This document shows, piece after piece, positions 45,328 through 57,981 of a stretch of 64,000 nucleotides of DNA (position 1 is its first letter; each line of letters opens with the position of its first letter). The DNA is from Chrysomallon squamiferum. Its lineage: Eukaryota > Animalia > Mollusca. Both the position numbers and the translations under genes were made by a program. The stretch spans positions 16,678,001 through 16,742,000 of the forward strand of contig CM022679.1 of NCBI GenBank assembly GCA_012295275.1. The letters run 5' to 3'. Below the pieces are notes generated by a model. That model saw only the letters and a program-made list of their open reading frames with translations, did no database searches and was not told the origin of the DNA.

Positions 45328-48300
45328 TTAAAACAAAGTGGTATCGGCAAACCATCTAAATTTATAATTTAGTGCTTTGAATGCTGTTACATAATCTCTT
45401 GTATGTAATACGCTGCCTACTGTTTATTTATTGTTAAAACGAAAAGTAAAGTAAAAGCAAATAAATTAAAAATCTTTGTTTATAAGTATGTCAGTTTTAT
45501 AGTTTCAGAATTGACTACCTGATAATTTACATGTGGATTAATGTTTTTATGTTATTGCTATTACTGCTTTTGTTGTTATTGTTATTACTATTATTATTAT
45601 TAATACTACTATTATTTTCTGATATTTTTTCTCTATGTGTGTTTGATTTATTTTGATAAATATTAACATTTTCATCCACACAAAAAGCCTAAATACCAGT
45701 AATGAAACTTAATCAGGTATGTGTTCATTTAGATGTATATAAAATAATAATAATAATAATAATAATTATTATTATTTATTATTATTATTAAAATGTAATT
45801 ATTAACAGTTTACAAATTAAAACTTTATTATTTATAATTTATACTTAATCAGGTTGAAGCATCTAGTAATCCTACAGTGGGAAACTTGATAGATCTGGGA
45901 GATGATCAGAGTTCCACTAGTAATGTCACATCTCAGTTTGCAGGATTGAGTAAGTTTTTACCATTGAACATAACAAATAGCTTTGTAATTTTGTATAATG
46001 AGCAAGCTTTTAACTATGTTAATAAAGAGTAGATTTTATCTTTGTATGTAGTGACTAGGTATTTATTTCATGTAAATTTTGTAGGTTTTTAATTTTATAA
46101 TGGCTAGGTTTTTAATTGTGTTTATAGATAGTAGGTCTTTAATTACATATAGGATAAGCTGGGGCATTTCTGGCCCCTAAGGTATATTATGACTTACAGC
46201 CACTATACTGTTCTGTGCAGGCTTCTGGAACTTTGTTGATATAAAGAGAACCTTCCTATCTCTCATTAAAACAAAGGTTGTAGGTAATCAGCCATTTACA
46301 TGTGAAGTACAGTGGCCATGAAAGTAGTGAAAACAACAAGGTTGTAAAAAAAAGTGCATTTTCAGGTTTCAAAAGTGAGTGTTATTTTAATTTAGTCCTA
46401 TAGACATAAGATTAGTGGTAAGTTATAACAGGTAAACATATAATCAATTATTAAGTTCAGCAGAAGAAACTTGATTAATATGTGATAATTAGGAAAGGTG
46501 TGTATGTTTTATTTTACTCCACCACTTGGGGCAATTCTGGCCCTCATGCATGGGGTAAATCTGGCCTCCATGTATGGTGGTGAAATCAATAGTTTTTGCA
46601 CTGATACATTCCATTCTGAGTTTTATTCAAGTTCTTTGAAACAAATGAAAGTCCACCATCTGTTGGGGCACATTGTCAAACTTCAAATCAAATCAAGAGA
46701 ATGAGGTATGTTGAGGCGTTGACAGAAGAAGAAAGTGTCAAGAGGTATGAAGAAGAGTTAGCAGAGAAGAAGAGGAAGGAGGAAAAAAAGGCAGAGGGAG
46801 CAAAGGTGAGAGAGGGCCAAAAAAAAAAAAAAATAAAAGCAGATACCAAAGGTAAAATGGCAGCTCAATTTGAATGTTACAGCAGAAATGGTGGATGTGT
46901 CAAAGAAAATGTTGGTGGTGACGAGTCTGAACTAGAAGACAGAAGTGTAGTAGATACACAAGAAAAATCTGAACTCTGTGGCAGTTGATGATGGCATGAA
47001 TTCTGATGAGTTCATAGGATGTGATGATCCTTGCACAAACCTCAAAATCCCAGCTGCTTGGACTTGAAACATATTGTATTCTTGTGTGATATTTGTCAAA
47101 GAGTCTAGTTTATTGAAGTTTTGAATCTGATTTCTGTTATGATAAAGACTAATTATCATTAGCAGTAAACAATGATTACATAGCAATAATCAGTACAACA
47201 AATTTGAGGACCAAAATACATCATGAATTTGGAGGCCAGTTTTACCCCAAATCAACAGTGCAGATCTGGCCCCTGACAACAATTTTTTAACCTGGTTCCC
47301 ATTTCAAAAGTATAAACACTGTGCATGTAGTGTGTGTATTTTGAAGCAGAAATAGATATACTACACATTATTCACTCCATTTTGTTGTTTCCTTTTGTCT
47401 GTGAAGCAGTAGATGAGGTTGAATAGAAAAGGGGGCCAGAATTACCCCCATCTTACCCTATAATGATGTAATGAACAGGGTTCTTTACTTTTTAATATAT
47501 ATATATTTTTTTGTTTGTTTGTTTGAATATATTAAAAATGGATGTGAAATATTGTATTAAATAATAAAAATTGGGTTCTTTTGGATTTTATATTTTGATA
47601 TTTTTTATTTTATTTTATTTTTGTTGAGTAAATTTTTTTAAATTTACATTCATTTTAAAGATCATTGATGAAATAATGTCTTTAAACTGCTATATTTTTG
47701 GAGGAGGGTTATTTTGTTTATAATTGAGCGATATTTCAAAAATTTCTAATTTAATAGAACTTCTTAACCGACTGCTGATCACTTTTGTTTACAGTTGAGC
47801 AGTCTATCAGTGACATATGTAACCTATTGTTTGTTATTAATACTACATATTTAAGTATGGCACTGTTTTTAAATCTGTTTGTAACGTTTGTTTGACAAGG
47901 TGTATCGGCTGTTAAGAGTACATTAGGCACGAAGCACACACCACCAGCAGCCGCAGCTCCAGCCCCAGCCCCAGCCCCAGCACAGCCACCTAAACATGAA
48001 GAAGATTTTGACATGTTTGCACAGTCTCGACAGTCCTTTGATCAGAACAAAAAGAATATAGCGTGAGTTTGAGTGTGTTTTTTTGTATTATTATTATTAT
48101 TATGATTTAATTCTGAAAGTTGAAGTTGTTTTATGATATGTTCTTGGCAAATGTTCTGAACAGTAGTAAAATGATCAATTTATCAGTTTCCTTTTAGCTT
48201 TCATTGTATGAAATGACATGAGTAAAAAAAAAACAAATTGGGAGCTTCATGCATCCTCATGAGCTTGTTGTTTTATCATCAGTCTTTATTATTAACAAAG

Positions 48301-51078
48301 ACTGGGTCCTTGTATTAAATAAAATAAACTGAAATTAATTTTAAAAAAATGTTGTATGTTTGTGCTTTCTAACAAAAATAAACTTTAAGCATGTTATGTT
48401 ATTGAGTGTGTTCTTCTTGCCTCATTTGTAAATAAGTAAATAATAATAAATAAAATTTACTGGTTTGCTCAGATGGTGTGTGGGTTTGTTTCCCAGCTAC
48501 ATAGCAAATTGCTTTCTAAAAATAAAATCAGTTTATTTAAATCTTTGTTTTAGTGAAGTGACTTACACAAACCAACAAGAAGATCAAGCAAGAGCAGGTT
48601 TGGGAGTGGCTGTTAATACACGTGTTCAAGGAGAAACTTTAAATGTAAGTTGTTTTTCTTGTTTTCTTTAAAGTTTATTATTAATATGAAATAAATTATA
48701 CCTATTTTGTAGAAAGACACACTCACAAAAACATATACACACACATGCAAATATATTTTCTTAATTATTATTATTTTAATTTTTTGCGTCTGTGTTTTGT
48801 CAATGACAGCATAACAAAATACAGAGTAAAATAATATTGATAGTAATATATACAAATTTAACAAAAGGTAATTAAATCTTTATTTATACAAGCCATATTG
48901 CTTTAAAAAAAATTCTTTGTACACTGAAAAGATTTGTTGGTAGCAAAATAATGAAACAATAGCAGAGAGTTTCTTTTTTAATTATGTTATTTTAAAACAA
49001 ATTCTTGATACTCTATAAAACATGATTTTTACTGCATACTTACATTATTTACACATATAAGTTTTTGTTTCTTGTTCCTTAGGATGCTCAGGTGCTTGAG
49101 GTAAATTATTATTCACTGGGTTTTTGTAGATTAGTTAAAAAAATATTTTTTAATATATATACATTTTTAATAACCTTCACACATAGGAAATAGAAACCAC
49201 TTAATACAGAACAGTGACCCCAGTGAATGATGTTTTACTGTTTTGTGTGTTATTTTATTTTTTACATTAAGTTCATTAGTTTTTAGTCTGATTTGATATT
49301 GTGTATCATCTTACAGCTGAAATACAAATTTGTCGGCTTCTTATAAATAGTCACCTTGATTGTGTTTTAAGATGTTTATATTGTATGTACCACAGTTTTA
49401 TATGCATATAACAAAATTTGTCTGATATATGTTTAGACTTAAGAAGTCTCTCAGTTATTGTAATATTCTTGTTTGTAAAACTAGTAATCATAATTACTTC
49501 GCTTTCATAAGCAGTTTTATTTTCTAGAATTTTCTTGGAATTGTCAGTGTCAGTTTATTTTGTTATTAATCTATGAAATTTTCAACAAAAAACATAGTTA
49601 TTTTAAAACATTGTGCCATTATTATTGATTTTACTTCCAGTATTTTCCTGTAATAGTTTTTATTTGTTTATTTAATTTTTGTTTTACATTTTTTTTCCAC
49701 AAACAATTTTTATTATTTTATATTGCAAATGTATTTTGTTTGTGTGAGTGGGTGTGTGCACATGCTTACAAGCATATGTATGTATTTCTGAATTTGTGGG
49801 CGAGAGAGGGGGAGGAGGGAAAATGAGAGGTTGAGAGAGATGAATGTTAACTGATTTTAACCATCAAAACTATCAAAGAAAAAGTATATGTGAACAAAAA
49901 CAAATAGAAATTTTATTATTTTAGTATATTTTATAAAATTAAGAAATAAAATAAGTACGAAAATAAAGCAAAAAGAAAGTGTTGGTATACTGTCACATGG
50001 AGTCTAGCAGTACTTGTTTATAACCCTTTATATGTGTCTTAGATAATTTAGTTTTTCCATACATAACAAATATGTATCAGTTATTTGATGTTTCTTCTTG
50101 TTTTTATTTCAGTTGCAGGATAAACCAACAGATTATGATGAAATGGAAGCATGGTTAGAATCAGAGAAGAAAAAGGTTTAAAACATTTTTTACATTTAAT
50201 ATATTCTAAGACTTTATAAATGTATATATATTGGTAGTATTTGTGCAAACAGACAAGTTGAGACTTGACTAAAATGTTTTTCTCAGCTGAACAGTGCATC
50301 TAGTTTTTTAATACAGAAGATGTTGGTTAGTGTAAAATATATGCAGAAAGGTTTAATGAATAAATCTGAAGCTGAATTGTATTTGTTGATTCCAACAAGG
50401 CACTGAAAATGTTAACTCTCATGAAAGTATACACTTGACAGGATACAGAGATAATTAGAATAATAGTAACAGAACAGGCAGGTTAAAATGTATTTCATTT
50501 ATTTGTTTATTTGTTGATTTATTTGTTTTGATACTATCTTCCTGGAATTAATATCTATCAAAATATTTGATTTCATTTCTGATTTTGAATAAAATTTTGT
50601 CTATCATTAAATTCAGAAACATGTTTATTGTTAAAGACAACATTTTTATTTTTTATTTTTTTTTTTTTTACTTTATTTATTTATAATATATATTTTTTTT
50701 TTTATTATTGGTTATTTTTTTAGTCTGATGCTGGAGGAGAAACAGTTTCTAGTTCAGGTAAGAAAAACGTTTTAATGTTAAGAAATATTGTACTGTTCCT
50801 GTAGTTTTAATGTAGTTTTCGATTTGACAGAAACAGTAATGTCAGATATTTTTCTTAACTAAACTAATGTATCTGTCTACTTTTGTGTTTCGTAAGTTCA
50901 AAGCTGTATGACTTAGTTAATGTTCAAGAATATTTGTTTTAAAGAATTACTTTATAAGTGCACTCAAAGCACATTTTTTACTTTAATTTACTTCTCATTC
51001 AGTTTTATAATGTTATATAAACTTTTAGGCACTTTACCTTTCTGTGTAACAAATATATTATTTTTATTTATTTAACAG

Positions 51079-51111
<33 letters not shown>

Positions 51112-51304
51112 AGTTATTTATTTAACTGTTTAATTATTTATATTTAATTTGACAGAATTTGATAAATTTCTTGCTGAGCGTGCTGCAGCAGCTGAAGAGT
51201 TGCCGACAATTCCAGCCGCTACAGGACAGCAACTGCCACGATCACAGCGCAGCAGTCGACAGATGAAGAAAGATGAAGATGAAAACCCACTATTTGCATT
51301 GTGA
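37640..51304 (+). CDS. TOM1L2: TOM1/TOM1L2-family VHS-GAT endosomal ubiquitin adaptor, about 544 aa, about 17 exons
   Basis: Exons 37640-37697, 38829-38913, 39307-39391, 39634-39780, 40032-40166, 40631-40678, 41735-41926, 42552-42630, 43048-43208, 44000-44029, 45853-45949, 47900-48062, 48554-48644, 49083-49100, 50113-50175, 50724-50757, 51156-51304; 1635 nt, phases consistent. VHS domain ([46 protein letters not shown]), GAT domain ([38 protein letters not shown]), clathrin-box-like [29 protein letters not shown] and terminal LFAL. The small linker exons are less certain than the domain exons. Confidence 0.93.
44704..44767 (-). mobile_element. tRNA-derived remnant (SINE head or tRNA pseudogene)
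   Basis: The minus strand reads GTCTGTAGCTCAGTGGTTATAGTGC...ACGGTTAAAGCTG: an intact Pol III A-box/D-arm and a degraded B-box, with no complete cloverleaf. Confidence 0.45.
46150..47460 (+). mobile_element. Non-autonomous Tc1/mariner-pogo(Fot1)-like DNA transposon, about 1.3 kb, in a TOM1L2 intron
   Basis: TIRs TAGGATAAGCTGGGGCATTTCTGGCCCC (from 46150) and GGGGGCCAGAATTACCCCCATCTTACCCTA (to 47460), TA-flanked. The TIR core recurs internally at about 46528, 46552, 47232 and 47259. ORF 46701-46988 ([25 protein letters not shown]) resembles the charged C-terminal coil of such transposases; family assignment is inference. Confidence 0.75.
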
Positions 51305-53164
51305 AAACTCTCCTCTGTATTCCTGTACATAATTACACTGTTGTTACAGATGTGAACACTTGCAGATCTTGGGATTATCTTCCCAGAACTGACTGTTTGA
51401 GGTTTTGTTGGATGATATTAATATTGCAAGCTGAATTCTTTTTTTTTTTTATTTCCTACATGATGCATACTTTCTACACAGTGGAAATGGTGTCATTAAT
51501 TTTCTTTTTATTTATTTAAAAAAGCCTCATAAAAATAACTTTTTTAAAAAACAAAGAAAGGAATACAAATACAGTAAAAATATAAAATAAAATAACTTAC
51601 ACTGAATGACTTACAGAGTTCTGTATTACCAGGGGTGTCAGATGTCAGATTTGCTGACACATATTTGTAGGGTATAGTTTGGATTAATCTTTTAATACTA
51701 GTAATGAAAAATAAAACTGTTGGGGAAACAAATGTAACTGCAATAATTTATTTTTATAATTAATTCTTAAAAATCGAGCTGGATTTTGCATGTTAAAAAT
51801 GTTAAAATCTTTCTTTCACTTGTATATATTTTGTGTATTTTGTTGGTATGCACAGTGCATTAATTAATATAATTGTAATCTCTGCATATTGCATTTTAAA
51901 ACAGGTGATGTATTTTTTCCACCAAAAATATATGGAAATTACTTCTAAAATGAAATAAGAAATTATATGAAGTTCATTGAACAGTGTTCAGGAAAACATT
52001 GGGGAACATTAATTAATGAACACGGTGGATTTATCAGTTAATTTTAAAACAGTCTCTTTTTTTGTTTCTAATTTTACAATAGCAAGTGTATCTTCATGAA
52101 TATATGATACGGTTTTAAGTAGAATCAAATTTTATTTAATGAAAGACAAAATAACAGTTTACTGCTTATTATATTGACTTTTTTTAAATTTATTGTCAAA
52201 GATCTAATTAAATATCAGAAGTTATTTTACTTCTGTTTATCTTGTTATTTTTAAAATTTATTATTTTAATTTGTTTTGTTTTTATTGGGCTGTTGTTTTT
52301 TGTTTTGTTTTGTGGGGGTTCCTGAAAATATATAGTTAAATATTGAAAATTCCAAGCAATAATTATAAAGAGATTTTCCATTATGAAATGTTTCAAAATA
52401 ATAAAGACAGAAAGAAATTGTTAGCAGTGTGCTTATTTTTATTTGGGCTTAGTGCAATTTCTTTCTTTCTTTTTTTTAAATAACATCTTTGACTGCTGAC
52501 ATGTAATTATGAGTAAACAGACATATTTATTATTATATCATTATTATATTCCCAATTAATTAACATAGTTCATTTGTTCCTCTTTGAGATAGTATTTTTT
52601 AACTTACTAAAAGGAATAGCATGTCTCTATTATTAGATATTGTAGTTTGAAAATTTGTAAAAATCCTTGAAGTAGTTGCATTTTTTAAGATCTTTGTTTC
52701 TGTATAAAGTAGTCTATAATCAGTATATTACTCTACCAGTTCATTTTATTTTCATTTTGTTGAATGGTTACAGCTAAGAGACGACAACTGACTTCTGATA
52801 ATTGAGTTACCTTATCAAAATGATAAATAATCCATTCCATCTAAAATATTGTGTTTCTTTTTAATTTAAGTGGCCTTTTAAGCATTGTAGTTAGATGTTT
52901 TAGTAATTTCTTTATATAATGTTTTGTTACTACTGAGCATCTTGCAGTTTTCTTGAAAAAAAACCCAGAAGATTAAATTTGTATTGAATGTTTTAAAATA
53001 CAGAGTATATCAAAATTACAAATTATGTAGTCATTAATATTGATAAAAAACTATCAGTTTGAAACACGTAGATGTTAGAACTTAAAAAATTAAAAACAAT
53101 TTGTATTTTTGTATCCATGAATGTTTATCTTCTAATGTACATATGCATGCACATACACCTCTCT

Positions 53165-53203
53165 CACACGCACACATGCACGCTCACACACACACACAAC
53201 ACA

Positions 53204-53252
<49 letters not shown>

Positions 53253-53253
53253 A
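53165..53253. repeat. Imperfect (CA)n microsatellite
   Basis: Direct reading; explains the THTHTH and VCVCVC ORFs here. Confidence 0.95.
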
Positions 53254-56200
53254 CTGTATATAGACATTATTTCAGTGGCAGGGTATTTAAGACCTATTGT
53301 GATCGTGTAATTTGTAAATAAGAAAATATCCAGTACACTACAGTGTGACTTTCTTTTGTAAACATTCTTGAAGCTGTTCAAGCTGTTCATTTTCACCTTC
53401 GTTTTTCCTGCTTAAATTAAAAAAACCTATATAGCTGAAGCTGTAAAGTAAACAACTGTAAACTATTACTTTAGTCGGGGATCAAATAATTACATTATTA
53501 ATTACTGACAAAACTTGAACATTTCAAGTTGTGTGACTAGTCAGAGAATTACACACTAGGGTAATCACAAGAGTTTTTAAACATGTTAATGAGAGACAGA
53601 ATTTATCACAGAATTAACTTTTTAAAAAATTATTAATTACAGAATACTGCACACTAAATTGTCTGTTGTGAGAAGTTTATAAATATTAATACTGCTCAGT
53701 GGTTGTGTATGACTGGTAGTTTCTAATTCTGAACTGGAATGTGGTAAAATACCAAGTAAAGGAATTGTTATTGTTATTGTTATTATTATTACTGAGAAAT
53801 ATATCAGTTAATTTCAAAATTTATTATTAAACAGTGTAGTTTTTATTTATTTATTTTATTTTATTTTATTTATTATTTATTTTATTTTATCCTTTTTATT
53901 CTTTATCTCTGCTAAGAATTTTTTTTTTTCCCTTGAATTTAATGCAGTTTATTTTCATGGCTTCATATGTCATTTGAGATGTACATATTGTGACACTGGT
54001 TAGAGTATTGGAGTAAGAAATGGAGATGCCATTGAGAATGCCATATAATACTAACTTTATTGCTTTATATTTTAGTTTTTAATTTCTTAATTTGATACTG
54101 TTTTTTTTTTTTTTTTACCCAATATTTTTATAAATTAACTTAAATAGCTTTGGTTATAATCTACTTACTGCATTGCTCAAGTTACATATAATGTACATGA
54201 GCATGTAAACTATATGGAGTATTATTTATTTATAATGTCTGCAGTTTTATATATTTTTATTTTTTTTATTAATTAATTTATTTACTTATTTATTTATTCT
54301 GCTTTACACAGTAATTCTGAAATATTTCCAGCTAGGATGTCCAATGTTAATGATCTACACTGTGTTTTCTTTTCATGTTGATAAAAAAACCATGAACAGG
54401 TAGTGTAAATCACTGAGAAATGCATTTAACACCTAACATCTAATTTGAAAGTTAATAAATATTTATCTCAAAAAGTAAATAGTAAATAATAATAAATAAA
54501 TAAAAGATTAATAAAAGAATTTAACCAGTAGACGTTCTTGCAGTTAGAATCAATTAAAGTGATCTTAATTTAACTATTAAGTCTGTCAGGTAAATATTGT
54601 TTGCTCTTGTACATCTACAAGTGTGTTTGATACATGAACAGAAGATCCCAGATTCAAATCTCAGAAAAATATTTCAAAAGTTTTGATATATACAAGATGT
54701 ATTCATGTTTCTTTTTAAGATGATATTTTGGAAACATTATTTGCTTCTTTTTCTCTTTTCTTTTGTATTCTATATCAGTAAGACAGTTTATTTTAATATT
54801 ATTGTCAGTGCCAAAAGTTTAATTAAATAGTGAAAGCTTACAAGAAGTTGCTTTAACTGCCTTTTGTATGTAGATAATTTTGTTAGTTGAACAGTTAATA
54901 AGGTGTACTTATTTCAGATGTTATATAAAGTTATTGGGTTGGTGGCCAATATTATCAAATACATAAGGGTGTAAATTTATTTTTTAGTTAATTGAAGGAT
55001 TTGTGGAAGCATATTTTCAGCGAGTTTAATAAAACCAGTTTCTTTCATTAGTTCCAGTTATTTAATGCAAATTTTATTTTCTTATTATAATATTGCTCTG
55101 AAAATGTGTTTTATGTACAAAGAGGAAAATGCTTGCATTAACAAGAATAAATAGATATCTTTTAACAGTGATTGTGAGTTCTATTTCTTTGTTATTTTAC
55201 AAAGAACAAATTATACTGAACCAAAAAGTTAAGGATCAGGCAGTATGTTCAGTTTGAGAGTCTAGAACCAGTTTTAAACAGACAGATTCAAGTTTTTGAG
55301 ATAACTGAAATAGCAGTTATTAACATAAAAATTCTTGTTTTCAAATGTATTAAAGTATGATTTACTTGTGTTGGACAATTCAGAAACAGATGAAAATAGG
55401 ATTAAATTCAAGGGGGAAAAAAATAGGATGTATTAAATTCAAGGGGAATATATATTGAATAATATCAATGTCTAACACTACAATCAAACTCATTTTTTTT
55501 TTTTCTTTTTTTTTTCTGTTCCTCAGCCCTTACTGTATAGAAATAGAGTAAATGTAAATCACTGATATGAAAGGTAATATTAGCAGTATTTACTGACAGT
55601 CAAGCAATTCTTGATTTTACAACAAGAGCCCAGCACATGCTAAACAAATCAGTTTTTTGTTGTTTGTCTTTTTTCTTTCTTATTTTTTATTATTATTTTT
55701 TTTATTATTCAGTATATTATTATGGAATAATAATAATGAATTTATCCCTTCATCTTGTTTTCATGTCAACATATTCTGTGACATTTAGAAGAGTTATGTG
55801 CAGGTACCCACTGATGGAATATTTTTTGTTGAATTTTTACTCTCTTTTTTTTATAGATTATTTAATATTTTGTTTAAATTATTTTATTATTTTTTTTTCT
55901 TTTTTTTTTTTGGTACCTGTATATAAAAAGTTAGACAAACATTAATTTTGTTTGAGTCTGCATCAGTTCCTGAAAGCTGAAGGAAAAAAGAAAAATATTT
56001 CATCCGCTACAGAATCTTTGCCTGTTGTGTAACATCAGTGGAGGAGATGAGATTTAAAATGTCAGTCAGTCGGTACAGATATTATATCGGTCTCTTTTTT
56101 TCTCATTATAAAGTCGTTATTCTCCAAATGACATTTATTTTTTAATGTAAATATTTGTTCAGTCAGTAATTTATTATTAATTTACAAATAAGATCAAGAA

Positions 56201-57981
56201 CTTGGCCAGAAATGGATAAATCCTTACAATAAATGATGATGGACAGGTCAGACAATTATTGTGACTGAGATAAATGTGAGGATGACATCAGTGACACTTT
56301 GCAATGGCTTCCTTTGGTAATGTAAAATTACAAGGCGTGATGGTTCATTCCCTGAAGGAAAGTAAAATGTAAGTTTTGCAAATAAGTTCTTAGCCAAGAA
56401 GATTGGTACAGAACTGAACGAAAAACCAGAAAGTAAACTACTTCCTTGTTATTGTTCTTTGTTTCTTTCTTTTTTCTCTTTGAATTAAAGTTTGATACAT
56501 TTTTCTTCCATTTAATAAAAATTTATAAAAAGCATAATAATAATTGTTCAGTTTTTATACATTTGGTGCCATTCATTTCATTTCTTTTTCAGACCAATTT
56601 AATATTCTTATGGTTGTTCTGTTTTTCTTGTCAAAAATAAATAAATAATGCAGTATAATAATAATAATAAAACTACTTTTGCCCCAAAAGAATACAAAAA
56701 ACAAAAACGATCATAAACAAGAAATTTGCAGAGTACTCTTTTTATCTGGAGTATTAACTATTGACCCCTTCTTAGAAACAGATTCAGATTCAGATACTAG
56801 ATTCAGATATTACTATACATAAAATAACACATGGAAATTATCAACAGCAGAAATAACCTTCATCTTAGGTACATGCCCAGATGTCATTATCTCAGACTTA
56901 CTGTACTAATCAAAAATGACAAGCAGAACAGGTGGAAGTATCAGGTGTTACATCTGTCTATCTGTAAACTATGAATGTGTTGTCAAATAACTGAGGAATG
57001 AAAATGTGATGTTGGTATCATTAAATAAAGCATTAGTCACTTTATTCCTTCCCACTGTCCAGTGAGCAATACGCTAGTCTTAATTCCCTTGCTAAAACAA
57101 AACAGCCTGATGAATCCACAGGAAGTTGTAAACGCTATTACTGAGATGCTGAGGGGCAATCGATGTTAGACTGAAGCCAGTGTATCACAGTATTGTATAA
57201 GAAACTAATTTTTATTCCAGCTGGATTCCATCCCTCAGATATATTCACACATATTCTCTGAGGAGGTTAGAATAATTCTCAAAATAACAATTTGGGAAAA
57301 CCAAATGGGATTGTTTCTAGCAATATTACAAAATAACAAAGATTCAGTTGTTTTTTTTGTTTTGTTTTTATTGTTGCAGAACTGCTTGCGTTGATGCTAC
57401 AGACAACAACAAAACAGCAAAAAATGGTAAATCTCTGTAATAAAACTTAATAAAACGTCTTAAAATATCGCCGTTCTGTGCAATAATTTGGCGATTTTAA
57501 TATATTATTGTAATTAACCTTCTAAAAGGAATTATGACAATGCACAGTAAACGTGACAGGCATAAACAGTTTAAATCAGTTCTACCTTAATAAAAATAAT
57601 GACAAAATTAACAGAACAATATCTTGCTTCCAAAATTATGGAAATAAGTATTAACTGACTGATTCGTCGAATGAAATGGAAAATTATACTGTTTGTGAAA
57701 CAGCACTGTTGTAGTATGTTGTAATTTATATATACATGGATATGTTATTTCAAAATGATGAAGATAAAAGAACTTCTTAAGATGCTAATCTGTACGAAAT
57801 AATACAACATAAAATTACAACAATAAAATCATTATTATACTGAATGATCGGAATGATTTTAATTTTATGACTAGCCTAGTATAATATTCACACATTCCGC
57901 AAGAGACACAACAATTCGCGTTATCTCTCGAATCTGTAGGTAAATGCGTTCGTATCTAATGTTGTGCATGAGAAGAACATT

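Noticed and set aside
45690-45722. Strong donor-like AATCAG|GTATGT in a TOM1L2 intron
   Set aside because: The nearby upstream AG acceptors give in-frame stops; no viable exon.
53072-53396. ORFs rich in TH/VC repeats (also 60500-60884 and 62919-63222)
   Set aside because: Translations of CA/TG microsatellites.
54620-54665. tRNA T-arm-like GATCCCAGATTCAAATCTC
   Set aside because: No convincing A-box or cloverleaf; at most SINE debris.
55637-55945. 102-aa hydrophobic ORF resembling a membrane protein
   Set aside because: The F/Y/I/L richness comes from T-rich low-complexity DNA; no motif or splice support.
56233-56268. C-box-like ATGATGA and D-box-like CTGA (possible C/D snoRNA)
   Set aside because: Boxes are only about 35 nt apart, with no terminal stem or recognisable rRNA guide.
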